Positions 39,185 through 50,001 of a stretch of 64,000 bases of DNA are shown here, piece by piece (position 1 is the first letter of the stretch; each line of letters opens with the position of its first letter). A program made the position numbers and the translations under genes. The notes beneath the pieces are model-generated. The model saw only the letters and a program-made list of their open reading frames with translations, was not told the DNA's origin and searched no databases. The stretch is from an uncultured Bacillota bacterium (GTDB taxonomy: Bacteria; Bacillota_I; Bacilli_A; RF39; UBA660): positions 27,873-91,872 of the forward strand of contig CAJMGO010000002.1 in NCBI GenBank assembly GCA_905212975.1, written 5' to 3'.

Positions 39185-40186
39185 ATGAAAATATTAGTAA
39201 CAGGTGGAACTGGATACATAGGTTCCCACACATGTGTAGAATTATTAAATAATGATTATGAAGTAATAATATTAGATAACTTATCTAACAGTAAAATAGA
39301 AGTACTTGATAAAATTAATAAAATAACGGGTAAAAGTGTTAAATTTTATGAAGGAAATATGATTGACAAGAATATTTTAGAAAAAATATTTAATGAAAAT
39401 AATATAGATGCTGTAATTGATTTTGCAGCATACAAAGCTGTAGGAGAAAGTGTTAAGAAACCTATAGAATATTATACAAATAATATTGCAACTGTATTAA
39501 ATTTACTTGATGTGATGAAAAAATATAATTGTAAAAAAATTGTTTTTTCTAGTAGTGCGACAGTATATGGAAATCCAGAAATTATTCCAATAACTGAAGA
39601 GTGTAAAACTGGTGGTACAACTAATCCTTACGGGACTAGTAAATTATTTGTTGAACAAATATTAAAAGATTTATATAAATCAGATAATGAATGGGATATA
39701 TGTATTTTAAGATATTTTAATCCAATAGGTGCTCATGAATCTGGATTAATTGGTGAAGAACCTAATGGTATACCAGCTAATTTAATGCCTTACATATCAA
39801 AGGTTGCTAGTGGTAAATTGGAATGCCTATCAGTATTTGGTGATGATTATGATACAAAAGATGGTACTGGTGTAAGAGATTATATTCATGTCGTTGATTT
39901 AGCTATTGGGCATATAAAAGCAATAGAAAAATTAAGTAAAGAAAATAAAGGATTATATATTTATAATTTGGGAACAGGTACAGGATATAGTGTACTTGAT
40001 ATTATAAATGCATTTGAGAAAGCTAATGGTATAAAAATTAATTATAAAATTGCACCTAGAAGAGAAGGGGATATAGCTATCTGCTATTCTGATCCTACAA
40101 AAGCAAGAGAAGAATTAGGATTTATCGCTACAAAATCGCTAGAAGATATGTGCAGAGATTCTTGGAACTATGAAAAAAATAATTAA
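39185..40186 (+). CDS. galE: UDP-glucose 4-epimerase
   Basis: [16 protein letters not shown], a YGTSK catalytic motif, and a GalE-like length. Start chosen at MKILVTG rather than the ORF-track start 39137. Confidence 0.8.
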   Translation: MKILVTGGTGYIGSHTCVELLNNDYEVIILDNLSNSKIEVLDKINKITGKSVKFYEGNMIDKNILEKIFNENNIDAVIDFAAYKAVGESVKKPIEYYTNNIATVLNLLDVMKKYNCKKIVFSSSATVYGNPEIIPITEECKTGGTTNPYGTSKLFVEQILKDLYKSDNEWDICILRYFNPIGAHESGLIGEEPNGIPANLMPYISKVASGKLECLSVFGDDYDTKDGTGVRDYIHVVDLAIGHIKAIEKLSKENKGLYIYNLGTGTGYSVLDIINAFEKANGIKINYKIAPRREGDIAICYSDPTKAREELGFIATKSLEDMCRDSWNYEKNN

Positions 40187-40201
40187 AATAGGAGGCATTT
40201 T

Positions 40202-42013
40202 ATGCAAGCATTAATGTTAGCAGCAGGAAAAGGTTCAAGATTAGGAAGATATACAAAAGATAATACAAAGTGTATGCTTGAAGTAAATGGTAAAACTTTA
40301 TTAGAAAGATGTATTGATGCTTTGAAAGAAGCAAATATTAATAAATTAGTTTTGGTTTTAGGGTATAAGAAAGATAATGTAATTAATTATATAAAAGACA
40401 AAGGTTTAGATAAAAAGATAGAAATAGAATATGTTTTTAATGAAGATTATGATATAACAAATAATATATATTCACTGTTTTTAGCAAAAGATATATTTAA
40501 AAGAGAAGATACAATTTTATTGGAGTCAGATTTGATATATGAACCATCAATAATTAAAGAATTAATAGAATCTAAATATGATAATGCCGCTGTTCTTGCA
40601 AAATATGAACAATGGATGGATGGGACAGTCGTAACACTTGATTCTGAAAAAAATATTTTAGAGTTTATAGAAAAACAAGATTTTGATTATGATAAAATAA
40701 ACAAATACTATAAAACTGTTAATATATATAAATTTTCAAAAGAATATATTGAAAAATACTACATACCTTTCTTAGAAGCATATGTAAAAGCATATGGAAA
40801 TAATTGTTATTATGAATTAGTATTAAAAGTTATTTCAGGAATAAATAAATCATTATTAAAAGGATATGTAATAAAGAATAAAAAATGGTATGAAATAGAT
40901 GATTGTCAGGATTTAGATATATCAGAATTATTATTTTCAAAAGAAGAAAATACATTAGATTTATACAAAAAGAGATTTGGTGGATATTGGAGATTTGAAG
41001 GATTGAAAGATTATTGTTATTTAGTCAATCCATATTTTCCATCAGAACAAATGTTGAATAAATTAAAATATAATTTTAAAGAACTTATTAGTTCTTATCC
41101 ATCAACACTATATATTCAAAATAAATGTATATCTAGGTTTTTTAATATTGATGAAGAAAAAATAATTGTTGGAAATGGTGCGGCAGAAATAATTAATTAT
41201 TTAAGAAATATCATTAAAGGAAAAATTGGTGTAGTTATACCTACTTTTAATGAATATATACGTTGTTTTCCAGATAATGAAATAATCGAAATTAATTCTT
41301 GTGATAATGATTACAAAATAACAAAAGAAATGTTATTATCATATAAAGATAAAGTTGACAATTTAATTGTTATTAATCCAGATAATCCAAGTGGTAATTT
41401 TATAAGTAAAGAAGATATAATGGAAATAATAGATGAATATTCAAAGAATGACAAAAAAATAATAATTGATGAATCATTTATTGATTTTGCAGATGAAGAC
41501 ATTAGATATAGTTTACTTAGTGATAATATTCTTGAAAAATATAAAAATTTATATGTTATAAAAAGTATTGGAAAATCTTATGGAATAGGTGGATTAAGAT
41601 TGGGAGTATTATGTAGTTCTGATTATGAAAGTCTAAAAATTATGAAAGAAAAAATGCCAGTATGGAATATTAATTCAATAGCAGAGTATTTTTTACAAAT
41701 TTTTCCAATATATAAGAAGGATTATGAAAAGTCATGCAGTAAAATTTCTGAGGAAAGAAAATTTATGATAGAAACTTTAAATAAAAATGATAAAATTAAA
41801 GTTTATAATTCACAAGCTAATTATTTGATGTGTGAATTGAAAGAATCAAATTCAAGTGATTTAACACTTTATTTGTTAAAAAATAACAATATATTTATTA
41901 AAGATTTAAAAAATAAAAAAGGTTTTGAAAATAAAGAAATGATAAGAATAGCAATTAAGAGTCACGATGATAATATTGAAATAATAAATGCGATAAACTC
42001 ATATTTAAAATAG
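40202..42013 (+). CDS. Bifunctional protein: N-terminal nucleotidyltransferase (LicC/sugar-phosphate NTase-like) fused to a C-terminal class I/II aminotransferase-fold PLP domain
   Basis: N-terminus MLAAGKGSRLG...K is a nucleotidyltransferase signature. The C-terminus (IVINPDNPSGNF...SIGKSYG, with a lysine) resembles histidinol-phosphate aminotransferase or CobD-like decarboxylases. Confidence 0.65.
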   Translation: MQALMLAAGKGSRLGRYTKDNTKCMLEVNGKTLLERCIDALKEANINKLVLVLGYKKDNVINYIKDKGLDKKIEIEYVFNEDYDITNNIYSLFLAKDIFKREDTILLESDLIYEPSIIKELIESKYDNAAVLAKYEQWMDGTVVTLDSEKNILEFIEKQDFDYDKINKYYKTVNIYKFSKEYIEKYYIPFLEAYVKAYGNNCYYELVLKVISGINKSLLKGYVIKNKKWYEIDDCQDLDISELLFSKEENTLDLYKKRFGGYWRFEGLKDYCYLVNPYFPSEQMLNKLKYNFKELISSYPSTLYIQNKCISRFFNIDEEKIIVGNGAAEIINYLRNIIKGKIGVVIPTFNEYIRCFPDNEIIEINSCDNDYKITKEMLLSYKDKVDNLIVINPDNPSGNFISKEDIMEIIDEYSKNDKKIIIDESFIDFADEDIRYSLLSDNILEKYKNLYVIKSIGKSYGIGGLRLGVLCSSDYESLKIMKEKMPVWNINSIAEYFLQIFPIYKKDYEKSCSKISEERKFMIETLNKNDKIKVYNSQANYLMCELKESNSSDLTLYLLKNNNIFIKDLKNKKGFENKEMIRIAIKSHDDNIEIINAINSYLK

Positions 42014-42104
42014 GCTTTATTGCTATTCTATATATGTAAAAATTCTTGTAATTATAAAAAAATAATATTTTTAATATTATTTTTTAATGTAAAGGTTGTG
42101 TAGT

Positions 42105-42572
42105 ATGAAGAGAAATATATTAATTATATTAACTATTTTATGGATGATTATAATATTTTTATTTTCTGGATCAAATGGAGATAAATCATCTAATACTAGT
42201 GGTATTATAGTGAATAAAATTGTTCCTATTGTAGAGAGAATAATAAATAAGAAATTAACAGAAGAACAAGTATCTAATTATATATCTTATCCAATAAGAA
42301 AATGTGCTCATATTACTGAATATTTAATACTTGGTATATTAGTTTATTTATCTATAAATACATATCAAATGGATAAAAATAAAATGATTATATTAAGTAT
42401 ACTTATATGTACTTTATATTCTATATCAGATGAATTTCATCAATTATTTATAAGTGGTAGAAGTGGTAAGATAACAGATTGTATATATGATACATTTGGT
42501 AGTACTATAGGTATAAGTGCTGTATACTTAATAAATAGAAAAAAATATAACAAAAAGGTTAGAAAAATCTAA
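42105..42572 (+). CDS. VanZ-like family membrane protein
   Basis: Four transmembrane helices with KCAHITEYLILG and DEFHQ motifs typical of VanZ. Confidence 0.6.
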   Translation: MKRNILIILTILWMIIIFLFSGSNGDKSSNTSGIIVNKIVPIVERIINKKLTEEQVSNYISYPIRKCAHITEYLILGILVYLSINTYQMDKNKMIILSILICTLYSISDEFHQLFISGRSGKITDCIYDTFGSTIGISAVYLINRKKYNKKVRKI

Positions 42573-42697
42573 TCTTTTTTTTGTTAATAAATTCTATTAT
42601 TTCATTTTAATAAATTTTATATTAATTCTTAAAGATATTAATCATTATGCAGGTATTTTGAAAATATTTTATGTATGTTAAATATGAGGAGGTATTT

Positions 42698-43582
42698 ATG
42701 AATTATTATGACAAAATAAAAGAAGAAATAATAAATAATGAAGTATATAAAAGAGTAAAAGATTATAGTAAAAATAGAAATGATTTAAATACATATTACA
42801 AAGTTGGAAAAATGTTAAGTGAAGCAGGGAAGCATTACGGAGAAGGAATAATAAAGGAATATTCTAAAAAATTAACTATCGAATTAGGAAAAGGTTATAC
42901 TTTTACTTCTCTTACAAGAATGAAAAAGTTCTACGTAATTATAGAAAAACTTGCGACAGTGTCGCAACAATTAACATATGGCCATTATGTTGAATTATTA
43001 CCAATTGATGATATAAATAAGATTAATTATTACATAAAAATATCAGAAGAAGAAAATTTATCAATTAGAGAGTTAAGAGAAAGAATAAAATCAAATGAAT
43101 ATGAAAGATTAGATATAGAAACAAGAAATAAATTGATAAATAAAAAAGAAAGTAATGTAACAGATTTTGTTAAAAATCCTATATTGATTAAAAATAATAA
43201 TAATTATACTGAGATATCTGAAAAGATATTACAAAAATTAATATTATAGAATATAGAATCATTCATGAGTGAACTAGGTAATTCATTTTCATTTATTGGA
43301 AGTGAATTTAAAATTAAAATAGGAGATAGGTATAATTATATAGATTTATTACTATTTAATATAGAGTTTAACTGTTATGTAGTCGTTGAACTAAAAGTAA
43401 CTGAGCTAAAGAAAGAACACATAGGACAAATAGAAATATATATGAATTACATAGATAATAATTTAAGAAAAATAAATCAAGAAAAAACTATAGGAATAAT
43501 AATTTGTAAGAAAGATAATAAATATGTAATTGAATATTGTAGTGATAATAGGATAATATCAAGAGAATATGAATTTGTATAA
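42698..43582 (+). pseudogene. DUF1016 (YhcG-like PDDEXK nuclease) gene interrupted by an in-frame TAG at 43247-43249
   Basis: ORFs 42671..43249 and 43265..43582 are in the same frame, separated by one TAG (..KLIL*NIESFMSELG..). The N-terminal part is DUF1016_N-like. The C-terminal part has the PDDEXK core (YIDLLLFNIEFNCYVVVELK). Confidence 0.6.
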
Positions 43583-43583
43583 A

Positions 43584-43608
43584 AAAAGAGAATTAAATCT
43601 CTTTTTAG
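43584..43608. terminator. Bidirectional terminator between the DUF1016 gene and the convergent lipoprotein gene
   Basis: AAGAGA-attaaa-TCTCTT with U-rich flanks on both strands. Confidence 0.45.
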
Positions 43609-44630
43609 TTTATATTTGGAGTAATATTAGCATCTTGGAACATTATCCATGTATTTCCATCATTAACATTTATTTTTGTGCCATCTTCATATGTATATAC
43701 AGTTTGAGAAGAATTATCTTTCTTTGACCATTTAATTTTTCTTGCATATCCATTAGTTATATAATATCCAGTACCTTCACCAATATTATTTATATCTAAA
43801 TAATTTGTACCAGCTGCATCTTTATAGCCATTTACACTTCCTATACCAACTAATGTAATAATTATATTCTTTGTAGCATATTGTTGTTTTGTAAAATAAT
43901 CAGTATGTGGTGTTCCCATATAACTTCTTAAATATTTCTTTTGTGCTTCATCATACTTAAAATCAACATAGAAACTATTTGAGTATGTAACTCTAACATT
44001 ATTAGCTACTATAGAATCATTATAATTATTTAAATTAATTTCATCAGCAGAATATGTAAAAGGTTGTTTTACATCAGTTGTAGTTCTATAATGTCTATTA
44101 TTATTAGCATAAGAAATTACATCTTTTAAATTAGTATAAACTGTATGTTCTGTTGCAAGTTTTTCAGGATTTTCTCTATGAAATATAGATCCGTCTCTAG
44201 AATTTCCATCAATATAATCAATACCTAAATTCTTTTCTTTATCTTGTGCTGGATGATTCCATCCAAAATGTACGAATATAGCATCATTTTCAAGCGCATA
44301 ATCAATATGATATTGTCTAGCACTTCTAACTGTTCCTACCTTTACATCTTCAACATCTTTAAACAATGCTAAACTTCTAGATATTCCACCTTCAATAGGG
44401 AATTCATATACTATATATGCTTTATCAAGCCCAGAATGTACCTTAATAGCGCCAGGATAATTGTTTATTACAACACCATATGGCCTTGAATTTGATTGCT
44501 CATCTACGATTTGTACTTTTTTTGTTTCTTCATTCTTTTTTACTTCTTTTTGAGTATTACTTTCTTTTTTACCACATCCTGTTAATAATAGAAGTGTTAA
44601 GATACCCAATATAATTACTTTCCTCTTCAT
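43605..44630 (-). CDS. DUF3048-family lipoprotein (YerB-like)
   Basis: Signal peptide plus the LLTGCG lipobox. The conserved PYGVVINNYPGA segment is typical of DUF3048. Confidence 0.6.
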   Translation of the reverse strand: MKRKVIILGILTLLLLTGCGKKESNTQKEVKKNEETKKVQIVDEQSNSRPYGVVINNYPGAIKVHSGLDKAYIVYEFPIEGGISRSLALFKDVEDVKVGTVRSARQYHIDYALENDAIFVHFGWNHPAQDKEKNLGIDYIDGNSRDGSIFHRENPEKLATEHTVYTNLKDVISYANNNRHYRTTTDVKQPFTYSADEINLNNYNDSIVANNVRVTYSNSFYVDFKYDEAQKKYLRSYMGTPHTDYFTKQQYATKNIIITLVGIGSVNGYKDAAGTNYLDINNIGEGTGYYITNGYARKIKWSKKDNSSQTVYTYEDGTKINVNDGNTWIMFQDANITPNIN

Positions 44631-44772
44631 ACACACCATCTCTTTCTATTTTCATTATATCATGTATATTAAAAAATGTAATTCTAATTAATTGATTTTT
44701 TTTAGTTTTTGTTTTATATTATTATGAAGTAAAATTAATTTATTAATAAATAATTTAGAAAGGAAAATAAAA

Positions 44773-45135
44773 ATGATAAATATATTAGAAATATGCAGTA
44801 ATTCTATTGATCCAATGTTTCCAAACTTTACATCGATATTAATAAAGACAATTAGATATATTGTGCCTGTTATATTAATAGTTCTTGGAATTTTAGATTT
44901 AGTAAAAGCTATTATATCAACAGATTCCGCTAAAATGAAAAGCAGTGTAGGATTATTTATACGAAGAATTATTTATTCACTACTTATATATTTTATGGTT
45001 GCTATAGTGCAATTTATTGTAAATACACTAGGTAGGGCTGGAGCTATAAATAAGAATAAAGCAAACGCTTGTATAGAATGTTTTGTTAATAATGAAAATT
45101 GTGGAACAACGATTGAAACTGACAAATTAAATTAA
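44773..45135 (+). CDS. Small membrane protein with a C-terminal Cys cluster (120 aa)
   Basis: Two transmembrane helices and CIECFVNNENCG. Confidence 0.4.
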   Translation: MINILEICSNSIDPMFPNFTSILIKTIRYIVPVILIVLGILDLVKAIISTDSAKMKSSVGLFIRRIIYSLLIYFMVAIVQFIVNTLGRAGAINKNKANACIECFVNNENCGTTIETDKLN

Positions 45136-45230
45136 AATATTATATAAAATAAAGGTTAATATAAAATAGAAAAGCTAGAAAAGTTTTGATTTTTCTGGTT
45201 TTTTTGATATAATGTGTTAAGGTGGTTAAG

Positions 45231-47138
45231 ATGGCAAAATATGATGAGAGTTCAATTAAAATATTAGAGGGACTAGAAGCAGTTAGAAAAAGACCCGGTA
45301 TGTATATTGGATCTACAGATAAACGAGGTCTACATCACCTTGTATGGGAAATTGTAGATAACGCTGTAGATGAAATTATAAATGGATATGGTAAAAAAAT
45401 TAAAATTACTATAAATAAAGATGGAAGTGTAACAGTAGAAGATGAGGGACGTGGTGTTCCTGTAGGTCTTCATTCAAGTGGTAAATCAACTCCTGAAGTA
45501 ATATATACAGTTCTTCATGCTGGTGGTAAATTTGAAGAAGGTGGATATAAAGTATCAGGTGGTCTTCATGGTGTTGGAGCATCTGTAGTTAATGCACTTT
45601 CACAATGGATGAAAGTAAATATAAAAAGAGACGGATATGAATATTTTATTAGTTTTAAAGATGGTGGTAAATTAGATACTCCTTTAAAACAATTAGAAAA
45701 AACTAGTAAAACCGGTACTAAAGTTACATTTATGCCAGATAAAGAAATATTTTCAACAACTAAGTTTTCTTTCTCTACTATCTGTGAAAGAATGCAAGAA
45801 TGTGCATTTTTACTTAAAGGTTTAAGTATTACAGTACGTGATGAAGAAACAGAAAGAGAAGAAGTATATCATTATGAAAATGGACTTGTAGCATTTGTAG
45901 AGTTTTTAAACGAAGAAAAAAATCCACTTCATAAAGTAGTTAGTTTTGAAGGTGTAAAGGATAAAATTAATGTAGAAGTAGCATTCCAATATACTGATGC
46001 ATATTCAGAAAATATAGTATCATTTGTAAATAACGTAAAAACAAATGATGGGGGTACACATGAGGTAGGATTTAAAACAGCATTAACACGTGTATTTAAT
46101 GATTATGCAAGAGCTAATGGATATTTAAGACCAAAAGATAAAAACTTAGAAGGTAGTGACACAAGAGAAGGTATAACTGCTGTTATAAGTTTACAAATAC
46201 CAGAAGATTTACTTCAATTTGAAGGACAAACAAAAGGAAAACTTGGTACTGCTGTTGCGCGTACTATAGTAGAAAGTATCGTATCGGAAAAACTTCAATA
46301 TTTCTTGGAAGAAAATAAAGAATCTGCTTCAAAAATATTAGAAAAAATGGTTAAGAGTAAATTTGCTCGTGAAGCAGCACGTAAAGCAAGAGATGAGGCC
46401 AGAGATGGTAAGACAAAAGGAAAGATAGAAAAAAATATATCAGGTAAACTTGCTCCTGCTCAAAGTAAAAATTCAAAAATTAATGAATTATTCTTAGTCG
46501 AAGGTGATTCAGCTGGAGGTTCTGCTAAAGGTGGTCGTGATAGAAAATTTCAAGCAATATTACCTTTACGTGGTAAGGTTATAAATACAGCTAAAGCTTC
46601 TATGGAAGAAATACTTAAAAATGAAGAAATAAATACTATGATATATACAATTGGAGCAGGTGTCGGAGGTAGCTTTGAAGTTAAAGATTCTAATTATGAT
46701 AAAGTAATAATAATGACAGATGCTGATGTCGATGGAGCTCATATACAAATACTTTTATTAACATTTTTCTACCACTATATGAGAGGATTAATAGAAGAGG
46801 GAAAATTATATATAGCTAGGCCTCCTTTATATAAGATAGAATTTGGTAAAAAACATGTATATGCATATACAGATGAAGAATTAGAAGAAATAAAGAAAAA
46901 TTCAACAACTAAATGTACTGGACAACAAAGATATAAAGGACTTGGAGAAATGAATGCTGAACAACTTTGGGAAACAACAATGAATCCTGATACAAGAAGT
47001 TTAATAAGAGTAAATATTACAGATGCAGCACTTGCTGAAAAAAGAGTAAATGTTTTAATGGGTGATAAAGTTGAGCCTAGAAAAGAATGGATAAATGAAA
47101 ATGTAATATTTACTATGGAAGATAATTATAGAGGATAG
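45231..47138 (+). CDS. parE: Type IIA topoisomerase ATPase subunit, assigned topoisomerase IV ParE (GyrB paralogue)
   Basis: GHKL ATPase motifs, TOPRIM (EGDSAGG) and PLRGK. Start chosen at MAKYDESS with an AGGTGG Shine-Dalgarno sequence. Called ParE rather than GyrB because the partner lacks a GyrA box and the pair is not beside dnaA/recF. Confidence 0.6.
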   Translation: MAKYDESSIKILEGLEAVRKRPGMYIGSTDKRGLHHLVWEIVDNAVDEIINGYGKKIKITINKDGSVTVEDEGRGVPVGLHSSGKSTPEVIYTVLHAGGKFEEGGYKVSGGLHGVGASVVNALSQWMKVNIKRDGYEYFISFKDGGKLDTPLKQLEKTSKTGTKVTFMPDKEIFSTTKFSFSTICERMQECAFLLKGLSITVRDEETEREEVYHYENGLVAFVEFLNEEKNPLHKVVSFEGVKDKINVEVAFQYTDAYSENIVSFVNNVKTNDGGTHEVGFKTALTRVFNDYARANGYLRPKDKNLEGSDTREGITAVISLQIPEDLLQFEGQTKGKLGTAVARTIVESIVSEKLQYFLEENKESASKILEKMVKSKFAREAARKARDEARDGKTKGKIEKNISGKLAPAQSKNSKINELFLVEGDSAGGSAKGGRDRKFQAILPLRGKVINTAKASMEEILKNEEINTMIYTIGAGVGGSFEVKDSNYDKVIIMTDADVDGAHIQILLLTFFYHYMRGLIEEGKLYIARPPLYKIEFGKKHVYAYTDEELEEIKKNSTTKCTGQQRYKGLGEMNAEQLWETTMNPDTRSLIRVNITDAALAEKRVNVLMGDKVEPRKEWINENVIFTMEDNYRG

Positions 47139-47146
47139 GTGATAAA

Positions 47147-49657
47147 ATGGATATATTAAAAAGAATTCAAGACTATGCCTTAGAAGATATAATGGGTGAC
47201 CGTTTTGGAGCTTACGCTAAAGAAATAATCCAAGATAGAGCTATCCCTGATGTAAGAGATGGTTTAAAACCTGTACAAAGAAGAATTTTATATGGTATGT
47301 ATAAAGATCATAATACTTATGATAAACCAACTAGAAAGTCAGCAAAAACAGTTGGTTATATAATGGGTAATTATCACCCACATGGAGATTCATCGATATA
47401 TGATGCTATGGTTCGTATGAGTCAGTGGTGGAAACAAAATACACCATACATTGATATGCAAGGAAATAATGGATCAATGGACGGAGATTCAGCAGCTGCT
47501 ATGCGTTATACTGAAGCACGTCTTTCAAAAATTTCAAATGAATTACTAAAGGATATTGATAAAGAAACAGTATCATGGGCTCCAAACTTTGATGATACAG
47601 AATTAGAACCAACAGTTTTACCTGCTAAATTTCCAAATTTATTAGTAAATGGAGCAAATGGTATATCTGCAGGATATGCAACAAATATACCACCACATAA
47701 TTTAGGTGAAATAATTGATGCTACAATAAAAAGAATAGATAGTCCAAACTGTAGACTTGAAACAATTTTAGATATTGTAAAAGGTCCTGATTTTCCAACT
47801 GGAGCAATCGTAGAGGGAAAAAAAGGAATAATAGATGCATTTACTACAGGGCGTGGTAAGGTAGTAATTACAAGTAAATGTGAATTTGTACGTGAAAAAA
47901 GTCATGAACAAATAATCGTTCATGAAATACCTTTTGAAGTAAATAAAGCAATGCTTGTAAATAAAATAGATTCAATTAGAATAGATAAAAAAATAGATGG
48001 TATAGCAGAGGTAAGAGATGAATCAGATAGAGATGGTCTTAGAATAGCTATAGATTTAAAAACTGGAGCAAATAAAGAATTAATACTTAATTACTTACTT
48101 AAAAATACAGATTTACAAATATCATATTCGTATAATATGGTTGCTATTGTAAATAGAACTCCTATGACTCTTGGAATTATCCCAATACTAGATGCATATA
48201 TTGCTCATCAAAAAGAAATAATTACAAGAAGAAGTGAATTTGATTTAGCTACATATAAGAAAAGACTTAATATAGTAGAAGGTTTCTTAAAAATGATATC
48301 TATACTTGATGAAGTTATTAAAACAATAAGAGCTAGTAAAAATAAAAGTGACGCTAAAGATAATTTAGTTAAGAAATTTGATTTTACTGTTGAACAAGCA
48401 GAAGCTATAGTAACATTACAACTTTATAAATTAACAAATACTGATGTTGTAGCATTAGAAGAAGAACAAGAACAATTACATAAATTTATCCAGGCTTTAG
48501 AGCTTATCTTATCAGATGAATCAAAATTAAAAGAAGTTATGAAACATGAACTTAAAAAGGTAAAAACAGAGTATGCAACACCTCGTAAATCTGAAATAAG
48601 AGATGAAATAACAGAAATAAAAATTGACTCTACAAATCTAATACCAAAAGAAAATGTTATTGTAGTAATAACAAAAGAAGGATATGTAAAAAGAGTATCT
48701 CTAAGAAGTTATGAAGCTTCAAAAGAAGAAGAAACTGGATTAAAAGATGGAGACTATGTTATAGGACGTTATAACATGTCTACAATGGATACAGTATTAA
48801 TATTTACAGACTGTGGTAATTATTTACACATTCCTGTATATGAACTTCCAGATTTGAAATGGAAAGATATGGGTAAACATGTAAGTAATGTTGTACAAAT
48901 TAAATCAGAAGAAAATGTTATAGCAAGTATTCCTATATATGATTTTAATGAATCTACATATATAACTACATTTACAAAGTGTGGTATGGTAAAGAAAACA
49001 TTACTTAGTGATTATAAAGTACAAAGATATAACAAACCTCTTACTGCAATAAAATTAAAAGATGATGATAAAGTAGTAAGTGTTATTAAATCAAATGATG
49101 AAAATATATTTGTAACAACACAAACAGGTTATGGATTAATGTTTAAATCAAATGAAATACCTTTATCAGGGGTAAAATCAGGTGGAGTAAAATCTATTAC
49201 TTTAAAAAATGATATAGTAGTATCTGGTTCTGTTTTTGATGATAACATGGAATATTTAACTATATTGACAGATAAAAATACAGCTAAAAGAATACGTTTA
49301 AACGAATTAGAACTATCAGCAAGAGCAAAAAGAGGTACACAAATAATACGTGATATTAAAACAAATCCATATAAAATAATAAGTGCATATGTAATTAATT
49401 ATAAAGAATCTTTAGGATTAAAAACAAAATTAGAAATAATAAATATAAAATTAACTGACATTCCTATTGCTGATAAAAAATCAACAGGATCAACTATTTC
49501 TAAACAAGATATAATAGAATCATTTGAAATAACAAAATTAATAAAAAAAGAAAATAAAAAAGAAATAGAAAAAGAAAATATTTCTTTAGAAAGTATTGAT
49601 AATAAAATAATTTCAATAGATGATTTGTTAGAAGATATAGAGAATAATCAAAAATAA
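47147..49657 (+). CDS. parC: Type IIA topoisomerase subunit A, assigned topoisomerase IV ParC
   Basis: Active-site region with the catalytic Tyr (AAAMRYTEARL). The C-terminal domain has no QRRGGKG GyrA box. Confidence 0.6.
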   Translation: MDILKRIQDYALEDIMGDRFGAYAKEIIQDRAIPDVRDGLKPVQRRILYGMYKDHNTYDKPTRKSAKTVGYIMGNYHPHGDSSIYDAMVRMSQWWKQNTPYIDMQGNNGSMDGDSAAAMRYTEARLSKISNELLKDIDKETVSWAPNFDDTELEPTVLPAKFPNLLVNGANGISAGYATNIPPHNLGEIIDATIKRIDSPNCRLETILDIVKGPDFPTGAIVEGKKGIIDAFTTGRGKVVITSKCEFVREKSHEQIIVHEIPFEVNKAMLVNKIDSIRIDKKIDGIAEVRDESDRDGLRIAIDLKTGANKELILNYLLKNTDLQISYSYNMVAIVNRTPMTLGIIPILDAYIAHQKEIITRRSEFDLATYKKRLNIVEGFLKMISILDEVIKTIRASKNKSDAKDNLVKKFDFTVEQAEAIVTLQLYKLTNTDVVALEEEQEQLHKFIQALELILSDESKLKEVMKHELKKVKTEYATPRKSEIRDEITEIKIDSTNLIPKENVIVVITKEGYVKRVSLRSYEASKEEETGLKDGDYVIGRYNMSTMDTVLIFTDCGNYLHIPVYELPDLKWKDMGKHVSNVVQIKSEENVIASIPIYDFNESTYITTFTKCGMVKKTLLSDYKVQRYNKPLTAIKLKDDDKVVSVIKSNDENIFVTTQTGYGLMFKSNEIPLSGVKSGGVKSITLKNDIVVSGSVFDDNMEYLTILTDKNTAKRIRLNELELSARAKRGTQIIRDIKTNPYKIISAYVINYKESLGLKTKLEIINIKLTDIPIADKKSTGSTISKQDIIESFEITKLIKKENKKEIEKENISLESIDNKIISIDDLLEDIENNQK

Positions 49658-49711
49658 ATTAAATAAACTTGTAATAAAGATATAAGTTTAGTAAAATAAT
49701 GAATAGAGAGG

Positions 49712-49933
49712 ATGATATTAGTGTTAGTAGATATACTTCAAATATTATTAGGTGTAGTAATAGGATTTGTAATAGGTTTCTTTGTTGCTCGTAAAGTAAT
49801 GAAAAAATACTTAAAGAAAAATCCACCTATAAATGAACAAATGATTAAAGCAATGATGAGTGGTATGGGAAGAACACCTAGTCAAAAACAAGTTAATCAA
49901 ATGATGAAACAAATGAATAAATATATGGATTAA
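49712..49933 (+). CDS. yneF: UPF0154/YneF-family small membrane protein
   Basis: 73 aa with an N-terminal transmembrane helix and [25 protein letters not shown], typical of YneF. Confidence 0.65.
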   Translation: MILVLVDILQILLGVVIGFVIGFFVARKVMKKYLKKNPPINEQMIKAMMSGMGRTPSQKQVNQMMKQMNKYMD

Positions 49934-49962
49934 GAAAAGTTTAGCTTTTCTTTTTTCTTTTC
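49934..49962 (+). terminator. Rho-independent terminator after yneF
   Basis: GAAAAG-tttag-CTTTTC followed by TTTTTT. Confidence 0.5.
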
Positions 49963-50001
49963 TATGATAAAATAAATGTAGAAGTATATAGTGGAGGGTA
50001 T

